Shown: piece after piece, positions 1 through 12,100 of the stretch
How positions within the stretch are numbered: position 1 is the stretch's first letter
How the letters are laid out: every line of letters starts with the position of its first letter
IMG/VR virus record: IMGVR_UViG_3300021961_000064
DNA from: an uncultured virus (IMG/VR IMGVR_UViG_3300021961_000064)
Taxonomy: Duplodnaviria > Heunggongvirae > Uroviricota > Caudoviricetes
Strand: one strand, 5' to 3'
Length of the DNA stretch: 20,000 bases
Translations under genes and position numbers: made by a program
The notes under the pieces: generated by a model
Databases searched by the model: none
The model's input: the letters and a program-made list of their open reading frames with translations, nothing else
Told to the model about the DNA's origin: nothing

Positions 1-117
1 GCACCATCATAACTATAAGCAAAAGCACCACTATTTCCAACAGAAACAAATACATTTCCATGATCAACGGAATTTAAAATATGTGTAGTAGAAAGTCCAG
101 AAACTGTTCTCCAATTC
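1..117 (-). other. Start of BNR/Asp-box (beta-propeller-type) repeat region within the giant ORF
   Basis: WRTVSGLSTTHILNSVDHGNVFVSVGNSGAFAYSYDG matches the W..(L..V)..FV.VG..G....S.DG blade pattern of BNR/Ycf48-like propellers. Only one blade is visible. Confidence 0.5.
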
Positions 118-3100
118 TTAATTGGATCTTTTTTAGTAATCGCAGACTGAGAAACAGTTATTACTGGATTTGATGTATAAGCATATCCCACTCCACCAGA
201 CGAAATTTGAATAGAAGAAATCGTTGAAGATGACGAAACTACACATGTTCCAATTGCTGGAGAAATTTCTCTTGTTTCGCATATTTTAATATTTCTCTTA
301 TCCTCACTGAGGGTATCAATATCAGTGAAAATTGGGAAGGCATTATCTACATATATTTCTACATCATCTGGTAGAACTTTCTTAATTACATACGCATTTG
401 GAACAATTCTACTATTCAGGGATGGTCTGGCCTTAGAATAAAGAACACCGCTTATTACTCTATCTCTAGTCTGTTTTTGCCACTTCAGTGGTCTTATCTT
501 AGTGGGGTTGGTATTAATTCCAAGACTATCATATGTAAATGTATCAAGTTGATCGGAAGAAACAATAGTCTTTACGACTCTATCAAACTGATCGGTATCT
601 AAAAGATCATCTTTATTTTCTCTAATTTGAATAAAGTCACCTTCCTTAATAGTCTTTGGTGGTTCTACGTCTTCAACGTCCACAGATGATCCTCTGAAAT
701 AGAGGATTGTGCAAGTTGAATTCTCTTTTGGAGCTTCTTTAAATGAAACTCTAGATCCAGAGAATGTATAAGAATCTCCAGGAGATTGTAAAATATCATT
801 TACGTAAATGAAGATATTATTAGTAATATCCAAATCAGATCCTTGAGGGGTTCTCAAACTTATAACTTCTTTTACGTTATTATTTGTTATGGATAGAGTA
901 AACTTCTTCCTAAATCCATTGAAATATTGAGATATATCATCAAATTTTATAAATTGTCCAGGATACAATCCAGTAAATTTGTCCGTTTGTACTTCTTCAA
1001 CTTCAAAAGTAAACTCTTCAAACTGTCTGAAGCTTACAATTCCAGACTGAGTATAATAATGAGATATTGTTGAACCAGCAGATAGGAAAGTGAATTGATT
1101 TGTAGATCCAACACTCGTTACACGGAAATCATAAGCTCCATCAGTACTTACATCTGGGAATCTAAGGACTCTTTGGGTTGTGGGAACTTTCTTGGTTATA
1201 GAAACTTTTTGTGCTGTACCACCAGAGACATAATTATGTGCGATAGTGGATATGCCAGCATTAAATGTGAATGATTTGTTGGAAGCTACATATGAAACGA
1301 GGAATGTCTTACCATAAGGTGAAGTGCCATCTGGGAAGATAGTGGTTGTTATTCCCGCATGTTCAACTGCACAAGAGAATTCTAAACCGTCTAAGGTTAC
1401 ATAATCTCCAACAGATAATCCATGAGAAGTGGATGTAACTACGGTAGAGATTCCTGTGGACTCTGTATAAGTGAATGTAGATACACCAACCTGTCCATAT
1501 CCCAAGAATTCATGTGGAATTGTTGAAATACCAGAATTAATTGTAAATGTTGTTGAAGAACCAACACCTGTTACTCTGAATGTATAACCATATTCACTTG
1601 TTCCATCTGGGAAGATACTTGTAGTAACACCAAGAACAGCAGTTCCACCAGAAACATAAGTATGTGCAATAGTGGAAACTCCAACAAATATATTAAACTT
1701 ATTAGTAGTTGGAACACCCACTATCTCGAAAGTATCATATGAATTGAAGGCAAAACTTGTTGAAGATCCAACATATGGGAAAATAGTTGACGTGATTCCT
1801 GCAGTTGCAGTTCCGCCAGAGACGTATGTATGTGCAATGGTTGAGACGCCAACATCCACAACGATTGTATTGCCAGAAGTTCCAGATGTAGTCTTGAATA
1901 CATTATTTGTACCGGTCAATGATTTTTGACTTGAACCATCATATGGGAATAGAGTTGTAGAAATACCAATGGTAACTGTTCCACCAGAAACATAAGTATG
2001 ATCAATTGTTGATATTCCTGCATTAATCGTGATGGTGCTTCCTGCAGTACCAGCGACAGTTTTGAAAACATTATATGTATTTGCCAAAGTATTGGGGCTA
2101 CTTTGTGGGTATGGATTTCCAAAAGTATTGATTCCTGCGGGATATGGGAATAAAGTTGAAGTTAATCCAGCTGTTACTGGAGGGCATGATAGAAGTATAT
2201 TTTCAACCCTCACATATTCCCCTGGTTCTATGCCATGATCACCGGAAAGAGTTAATGTGCAAAGTCCAACAAAATTTAAATAATCGAAATTAACAACATT
2301 TAATGTTGAGATTCCTGTCCAAGAGTCACATGATAATTGTATTCCATCTAGTTTTACATAACCACCAGCATCGATTCCATGATTTGCATCAGTTGTAACG
2401 GTAACGATTCCAGAAACCTCATCATAAGTCAAATTAGTTATGTTGGAGGTAGAAATTCCCAACCAAGAATCACAACTAAACTCAATGTCAGCCAAACGAG
2501 CATAATCGCCAACCAAATATCCATGATCAGAATCTAGTATAATTGTAGTGATTCCAGCGTAATTATTATAATCTACTCCAATAATGTTGAATGTGGATCC
2601 AATGCTGGTGCAACTGAAAGGTAGATCCTTCAGAGTTACCATATCATTTGCGTTGATTTGGTGTGGTTGAACTGTAGTTACTGTAGAAATACCTGTTAGA
2701 TTATCATAAACGAATGTACTAATTCCTATTTCGGGCCAACCAACGAATATGTGTGGGATGGTCGAAACACCAGCATTAATGGTAAATACTGTATTACCTA
2801 TGGATGTTAATGCTGGGAAAACTTTTCCATAAGGAGAAGTTCCATCTGGGAAGATAGTTGTTGTGATTCCAGAATGTTCTTCAGCGCAAGCGAATGGAAG
2901 ATTATGTAAGAATACTTCTGTACTTGTCTTGTTCTCATCAACATCTGTTCTTAATACTCCATGTGGAGAATATGTTGTTACTGTGCATATGCCAGTTGCA
3001 TTATCATATGAGAATGACTTAATTCCAACTTCATCATAACCACACGTAAATGCAGCACCAGCAAGTCTAACGACATCATTCTGGGATAGCCCATGGACAT

Positions 3101-6100
3101 CTGTTGTTGTAACGGTGTTTATTCCAGTAATATTGTCGTAAGTAAAATTGGATATGTTTAAAATGTCCGATCTGAAACCAGTTCTCGTTAGTAGATCAGG
3201 TACTTTTAAGATATCACCAACTTTGTAACCTATGCCAGGATTATCAATCTTAAATGAAATGACACTAGATCCTTGACCAACAACTACAGAAACTTTTGCG
3301 TTTTGGCCAACACCAGAAGTTCCTCCAGTGTAAGCCACGCCAAGATTACTGTAACCTGTAGGAATTCCAATAACAACTTCTGGTGGCGAAGATGTGGTAT
3401 ACCCGGAACCAGCATTTACAATAGTAAATCCAGTAATAGTTCCAGAAGCTCCAACAGAAGCAGTAGCACTTGCACCATATCCAATTGTGGAAGCGATACT
3501 CACTGAAGGTGGCAATCTATATCCAGAACCTATTCCAATAATATCAATCGAAGAAATGGTTCCTGCAACAGAAACATTTGCTACTGCTGTTGCACCCTTA
3601 AATGGTATATATCCATAGTTTGAACTCTGAGTTACCTTGGAAATTCTACCTGCGCTAGGAGTTCCCGTTAAGAATCTTATTACATTCTCACTGGTTCCAT
3701 CAATAGTGTAATCAGTTCTTGGTTCTTGGAATACATTGTTTATCAATAGGATAGGATTGTTATTAATATCAACACCACTATTGACATCATTGAAAAGTGA
3801 TGTTGTAGTATTTCCATTTACCTTAACAGTAAACTCTGTTGCGGCAATTCCAGTAAATGATAGAGAAATATCATCTAAAATAACATTCTTATCTTGTGGT
3901 TTGGATGGATCAAACTGTCTGGATAGAACCCTACCGGCAAATATGGATCCAGTTTGCAAACCTGCTGGACCAATTTTACCATATGGAGGAGTAGTGAAGT
4001 ATAAAGTATCCCCAACAATATTAAAATCTCCATTTAATACTGTTGAAGCAGCTCCAATAGTGTGAACTCCACTATTTGTTCCAAGATAACCTCTCTCAAC
4101 CTCAACCTTATCTTCAGCAATAACTCCAATAGTTTTGATGGAAACATACTCTTGATCGATATTAATAACATCTCCATTAGAAAGAGAATTTATTCCAGAA
4201 GAGATAGTAAGTACTGTTGTAGAAGCGCTGGATACGGGATCACCTAAAGAAACTTCTAAAGATTTTCTACGGAGAGGTCCCTGAATTACTCCATCTACCG
4301 TAATTACAACGCTACTATTTGGTTCTTTATATTCTAATGTGTGTGTTCCTGTACCATAACTTAATAAGTCAACAAATACACTTGTGGATAATCCAGAAAC
4401 TTTGAATTTATTATCATCAATTTTATAAACAAATAGGGATCTTGGTAATTTATTTGTTCCTAAGAAAGATGGATAAAAACTAATATCATCATTTGGGGCC
4501 ACTCCACCAATATAAGTTCCAGCAATAGAAACTAAGGAAGTTGAAGCATATCCAGAACCACCATTAACAATAAACACATTTTCGAGTCTTCCATCATTAT
4601 CTCTAGTTACTGTAAATAATGCTTCAGAACCAACACCGGTAACGGAAGATGGAATATTAACATAAGAAGCATTTGCTTGAGCCTGTATCTGAGTAGCCGT
4701 TGTAGATGTAACAACAAAGCTCAAATCATTAGTTGGGGTGGCTCCACCCATATAAGTTCCGGCAATAGAGACCGTTTCTCCAACAACAAACTGGCTTCCA
4801 CCCGTTTTAAGAGTAATACTCGTACTTAAAGCATTACCAGTAGATGCAGAGTATGTAATAAGAACATCAAAAGTAGCATTTACTCCAGACAAATCTCCGT
4901 TTCCAATTGCACTCAAAACTACTTTACTTGTGGGTCCTACTGGAACCAATACCGTAGAAATACCAATCTCTGCACCAACATCATTATTATATCCATTTTG
5001 AAGTATGGCTCCACCATTTATTGACCCTATTCCAGTAATAACATCAACGTCACCAGAAACATAAGATGTTGTTGCAATTCCAATAGGATTTCCAGTATAA
5101 GAGTAAATTAATTCTTGTCCAGATTGGAAATTGTGATTTGGCAATACGAACTGATTTCCTTGCAGATCAATGACTGTTGTACTTAATCCACTAAATTCTC
5201 TCTTAAAGAGTGGGAATCCCTTATTCTTTAATTTGAATGTAGATAGTCCAACTATAGAACCACCTCTGGAAAGAGAAGGATATGTAATGGATGTAGGAGC
5301 AAAATTGGATCCGAGTCCTACTATGGTAGTCACAATTCCAACATAATTTACAATAGCAGATCTAACATCCGCACAATCAGTCGAACCAATATTAGTTGTA
5401 GGGATCCCCGATAAACTTCCAGATATAACTGCTGATGTTAAAATTCCAACCAAGTTGGATATATTTGATCGTATATTTGCACAGGAATTTGGATCGGTAT
5501 TAAATCCAGTAACAGGATCTGCAACAATAGTCAAATCTCTAACGTTTAATTGATTGGTAACAGCTTTACTGCAATAATCTCTTAGAGAATGGAAAGCGAC
5601 CACAGATTCCTGTTCTTCACCTATTAATCCTGTTGTTAATGCAACTCCCGCTCCACTAAAATACTTCTTCGTTGCATAAATTATATGTTGATTTGTGCCA
5701 TAATTAACATCCTCAGCAACTGCATCAATAATATATCCAAGGTCTCTATAACATTTCAATCCACCTGTAGTATAAGTTCCAACATTTATTGATGGTAAAC
5801 TTGCAGTGTTTCCTGCGCCAATAACAATGGTTACAAGAGATACTAACGTGGAAATATTATTTTGGACATCTTGACATGCTGAAGTACTTGTATTGGATAC
5901 TGTAGATCCAACTCCGACCACCGGTGGGCCTGCTGTTACAGTTAGATCTTTAATTGTCAATCCGTTTCTAACAGCAGACTTCATCAAATCTCTTGCCTGT
6001 TCAAAAGCATAGATTGATTGAGTCTCTTCTCCAACTAGTCCATTACTGATAGGAGTAGTACCCGAAACATCAAAATACTTTTGAACAAACTCTCTAGAAT

Positions 6101-9100
6101 ATTTGTTGCCACCAGTAAATATATCAGTGGATATTGCATCAACAAAATAACCAATATCTCTCTTACACTTATCTTGTGTACTGGAAACATCTGGGTAAGT
6201 CAGTATTAAATTACTCCATGTTGTATCGATAATTTCTTGTCTATTTTGTTGAATTAATCTATATCCATCATAATATCTTGATCTACCATTAGTTTGGTTG
6301 TCTCCAGGGAAATAAAAATCTGGGAAACTGACTGCTATAGAAGCAAGAGATTTATCTAAAATTTCTTTTTTATTAGCTACAATTAGATTTCTAGCATCTT
6401 TATTTCTATAGAGAGTTTCATTTGTTGGATCTTGTATTAGAGCAAAGTTAAATTCTTGGTCAACGGCAGTTTGATATAAAGTTGGTGGGGATTGATTGTT
6501 GATAACATATTGTGATAAGAATTTAACATAATTATAAGCAAATAGTGTCTCTTCAGTTTCATTGGAAACGTAAGAGGATCCCGCATTCCAATAAGCTAAC
6601 CCAGCTTCAACTGACTTATTATTGGAATTATATTTTATATCATGTGCAATTGCATCAATGATATATCCAACATCTCTCTTACAAGTTTCTCTGTCATATG
6701 TGGAATTTGAACCAATATTTGGATAGTTATACTCAACAAAGGAAACTACTTCCTCTTGAATAAATTCCCTATTAAGGTTCAACATATCTGATGCGTCTGC
6801 ATATCTTCCTCTCAAAGCCTGAGATGAAGTTCCGTCAAATTGATTAGAAATATCATCAATCTTCAAAACTTTATTTGTTTTATTGAGAATATAATTTCTA
6901 AGTGCAACTCCTTCATTAAAATAAACCCTTTCAACAGCACCATCAGGTAAGAAATCTTCTTCATATACTAATGCAAAATTATCTCTCTGATTTAAAGAAG
7001 CTACATTATCTAAATTAACAAGGAACTGAGAAGCACTTGCAAGAACAGATGGTTTTAAATTGGTAGATTTAGATATACCAACATTCGTTGACTCTAATGA
7101 TGGTTTTGTTATTAGTTCAAGATCGGAGAATTCTTTGAATCCAGATGGGTGAATAATAGACCTAACGGATTCTCTCCACTTTGAATATGGAATTGTACTC
7201 TTAATCGAATAAGAGAACTTTTGATAGTAGAAGTTATCTGCGATTCTTTGTTGGAACTCATTCAGGATACCAACGGCATTATCAATTTGACCAACCTTAT
7301 CTCTTGAAACTCCCAAAGTTGCATTTAGAGTAAATGTATCAAAATACTCTACTGTACCTGTAATCTTAGAAGATTCTCCAGTTATTTTATCTCCCAAACG
7401 AAGTTGTCCATAAGACTCGGATATTCTCAATTGATTTAGATCATTATTCCAACCATCCTCCATTGCTACGCCGTAGAAAGTAGGAGCCGTAACTTTTTCT
7501 TTAGAGAAATATTTTACATCATCTGACAAATTCATTTCGAGGATAGGCATATCCTTCTTATTGATAACATACCCTAAAGTAATATCAGAATCGTATGTAC
7601 CAAATGCACCTGTAGAAATGCCTGCCATACTATAGGTTACTGTTCCGTTATTTTCATTAACAGATGTAACTGTAAAGAAAGCATAATCATAAGCAGAAGA
7701 ATTATAGTTTGCAAGATGTCTTGTTGAAGCAGTTAATCTACAAGACTCAACAAAAATTTCATCTCCAACAGCAAATGGGAATACAGTTTCAGTTCTACCA
7801 AAACCAATAGGGATTAGATCCAAATTGGTCAATTCTAATGTAACATTATCTCCACTAGTTTGGATGAAGTCAATATCATATCCATTTGAATTATACAAAG
7901 AATATATTTCAAGTGGGCTGCTGAGATTTGTAACATTTTGCAAAATATTCACATTGGTAATTGACCCGCCAGAAACTTCTGCGGATAATTTTATATCCGT
8001 ATTATCCTTTACATATAATTTTGGTGGATTATTATAATTTCGGCCCCCAGTTTGAATTCCAATACTTTCTATTGTTCTTATATCTTTTACTCCAACAATA
8101 GTTGGAACACTTAATGAAGGTGTAAGAGTTGGATCGGTTGGATAATCAAATCCATCTTTAACCCTTTCATATGTCTCCACAGATCCAATTCTTGGAGAAG
8201 TCAATTTTACAATTGCATTTTTTCCATTATCGGAAATAATACCATTAACATATGGTAAAGAAGAATATCCCTTTCCACCAAAGTTGATTTTAAGTTTATC
8301 GATAGGACCGGATGCAGATTTGGAGTCCGTGCTGTAAGAAATATTTGTGGCGTTATAAGAAAGTTCTTCCTCGGGAGTGGCCTTGCCTTTCAAGTTTACT
8401 GAGAATGTTTTATCGGAAGATACATTGATTTGGAATCTTCTCTGCAAAATATGTGGTCTCAATACAATCTTATTGTATCCGTTAACTTCCTTATCGGAAG
8501 ATATTTGATTCTTTCTTTCATCAATTGGACTCTTTGGAATCAAAGTATAATAAATTAATTGTGGAAATAGTTCATTGGCAGTATTCAAAGTTACATTAGA
8601 ATCAACATTTCCAGGGATTCCCTGTCGAACAACTGAGAACGTGTTTCTTGTTGCACCAATAAGTTCGATTCTTCTTTGGAAATCGGGATCTTCAAAAAAT
8701 TCCAAGTCCATATCAAGTAGACTCGAATCTGAGAGATCAAATTTAAGAATATCATTCTTAACCGCAGTGATTGGAGGATTTAATGAATATAGATAGTGGG
8801 TTCCGCCAGCAGGAGCAGTTATTTTAATAAAATTGGATTCATAGACATCAGTTAAATATTCACACAATCTAATTCTATCATTATCCAATTTCAGAACAAA
8901 GTATGTTCTATCATTATCAAGTTGAGATACAACAGATGTCAATCCATTGTAAACAACTTTATCTCCAGTTTTTAGGGTATTGTTTAAAATGAGGATACTA
9001 TTTGTATCATTATCAATATCTGAGCTCTCAAAAGTAGTGTTATCAATGACAAGTTTTCTAATAGTTTCCAAATATTTTAGTTTAACTGTTTTTAACTCAT

Positions 9101-12100
9101 TATTCAAAATATTGAATGAAATATAATCACCAGATTGTAACTCGTGATCAGTTCTTGTTGTTGTTATACCTATAAATCTATCTACTGTGGCATCGACTTC
9201 ATTTTCAATAGTTTTTAAAGAATGGGCATAACCAATGGTGGAGAAAGAAGAATCAAAATTAACAAACTCTAAACTATTAAGTGAAGTACCAATTCCTGAA
9301 GAAGTGGTAAATCCTAGTGTGGAAAGTCCAATGTAATCTCTACCAAGATTGACAGCATAAACAATAGAATCATTGACAATTTTTACGGAAGTTCCAGATC
9401 CAACTTCTTCTACAACAAGGCTAGTACCACCAACTCCACAACTATAAATTAGTGGTTGGCCAGTATAGAACTTGTGGCCGGGAATATAAACAGATCTGGG
9501 GGGTATAAATCTAGACTCTATGGTACTAGTACCAATTCCAACTAAAGATCTTGTAGATCCCTCTGTACCAGTTCCAACAGTCTCTTTTGGATCAAAATAA
9601 GTTACATAACTAATATTTCTGGTTTCACTTATGGGTTTATCGACAGTAAACTGGAATTTAGTTGGCAATAAAACTACTTTATCAATGCCAGCGGTATGAA
9701 CCCCAGTATTGGAAAGTCTATTTACATAAAGAGTAGATCTTTCTGGGGATACTCTAGTGACTAATAAAGTTTCTGTACCTATTCCAATATAATCTTCAAC
9801 AGAAAATCCAGAAACGTCATTGACCACAATATAAGTAGAAATTCCAGTATTGACTTCAATATCAATATCCTCAGACAACTCAACATCCTTGTTTTCAACA
9901 GAAACGGTTCTAATTCCTTCTATTGCGGAACAAGTTATTGTTGATATTCCACTTATAAGAATGGTTTCTCCATTAAGTATTTCATGGGGTTGATTGGTTT
10001 TTGCAGTTATTCTTGAAGATTTAATATCAAACTTAACATTTTCAATATCGGTATCAACTACAGAAAATTCCGATATGGTTTTTCCTTTTAAAGACGATAC
10101 AACAATATTTGCAGATGATCCAGCATCATTTCTTGGAGAAATATCAACATAGTCATTTACTTTGTATCCTGTTCCTGGTGAAAAAATGGATACAGAAGTA
10201 ATTCCAGATGTGGATACAGAAGATACTGTAAATTCTTGTTTATAAAGATCAGAAATCTTATCAATTAGGTCATAATATGACTCCTTATATGTTAGATAAT
10301 ATGGAGCAACGTTTCTACTTATACCAAATGATTGTATCTCTACATCTTGATTAAAACTTGGTAGGAAATTTTCTGTAATGGGTGTATTTTTAAAGAGATC
10401 CCCAACAATATATGGATATTGTGGTTGAGCTACGCCAGTTGCATCGATATTAACGGAAATAAAATAAGCATAAGTTCCGTTTGGATATTGGGGGGTAATA
10501 CAAAATCTACCATTATATCGGTCAAGATCACCAGTTCCAGTATAAACATAGTCATTGACAAAATATCCGGATTCAAAAGAAGGTGGTCTAAGTCCACTTG
10601 TAGTATCAACTCTTAATACATAACCAGTTTTTATTTGTCTAATAAGTCCACCAACAAATGGATCATATCCATATGGTCCATAGATTGGATTGCCATCATA
10701 AGCATAACCAATAATTGGAGAGTGTGATAATGAGTCTCCTTCCAATCCAAACTGGTCAACATTATCACTTAGTTGATATCTAAGTATTGTTGGAGCATAG
10801 AAATTTACAAATTGCAATCCAAGATTTGGATTCTTACTTGGATAGGTTAATCCTTCATCACCATTATTAATCAGATTTCTTGATTTAACTACCTGGTTTA
10901 TTTTCCACTCAAAAACATTTGCTAGGAATTTTGCACCAATTCCTCTATTTCTTATCTGCAGAGTGGTATCAGATGATCCATACCCAACCCCACCATTTAA
11001 AATATTAAATGAAACGACAGAACCATCTTCAACGATTGGAATAATTTCTGCAAAATTTCCACTTCCATACACAAAAATATCCGAGTCTTTACGATATCCT
11101 CTACCTCTGTTAATAATTTTGATATCTACAATACTTCCATTTAAGACAATTGGTTTCAAAATACATTCGGACGTAATACTTGATAGTCCTACTTCAGGCC
11201 TTCTGTGGAAGTTTATTACATTCGTACAACCGTACCCAATACCACCATCTTCCAAATATACATCTTGAACAGAACCCAAAACAACGGGTTCTAAAATTGG
11301 AGAAACTAATGCTGTAGATCCTATACCCGCCAAAGACTCTACGGATACGGTTATTGGTGGGTATCCAATTATGTGTGTACCTACTCCGATGTTGTTTAAA
11401 CGTACAAATTTATTCTTTAAGTAATATTCATCAGTAATATCTGTGGAAAATCCTGCATAGGATAATTTAAACTTATTATTATCAAGTACTTTTACCTTGT
11501 AGTAATTTGAGGTTGACAATCCAATAATAGGAGTATCTGTATAGGAATAAGTTACAAGTTCCCCATTCTTAAACCCGTGTTTAGTTGCAAAAATATAAGA
11601 ATCGAAGGTGTTGATGCCTACATTATCCCCTAGAGAAAGCTCTGAAGGAACTCTTACTTTTCTATTTGAATATCCACTACCAGCTTCTTTTACGTATACT
11701 TCCGTAATAGTATATTTACTTTTTAGTGTTTGAATGTCATGAAATCCCGAACTAATTCCAGTGATATTAATGTCATTTATCTTAGAGATAGAATCCGAGA
11801 ATGTATTATACAGTTTAAGTTGTCTTGCACTAGAAACACCAACAAAATAATGAGAGTTATTAACAAGTCCCACTATATCATTGTTTCCATTTGAATTATA
11901 AATTACTTCTTCTCCATCATCCAAATTATGATTAGATGGGAATGTTATTGCATTTGTAGGAAGATCTACAGAACTTTCTGGTTTAAATCCAACTTTTAAT
12001 CTGGTTTTAACAAGATTGGACTCAAGAATACATCCTGTACCATTACCACCACTAATGGTAATTTTTGGTTTATTTTGATATCCTATTCCGGGAGAAACTA

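Noticed and set aside
1200..2010. Recurring ccagaaacataagtatg-like motifs as a possible CRISPR array
   Set aside because: They encode the repeated HTYVSGG peptide. The copies are degenerate and spaced about 160-170 bp or more apart, which is unlike CRISPR.
1312..2895. ~69-bp near-identical repeat pair (1312-1380 and 2827-2895) as a possible DGR template/variable repeat
   Set aside because: Both copies are in-frame parts of the protein repeat. The mismatches are mostly at third codon positions and not adenine-specific, and no reverse transcriptase is in view.
5316..6806. Helical insert as an intein or homing-endonuclease element
   Set aside because: I saw no intein splice motifs (N-terminal Cys block, C-terminal His-Asn) and no LAGLIDADG/HNH signature. 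The insert is internally repetitive.
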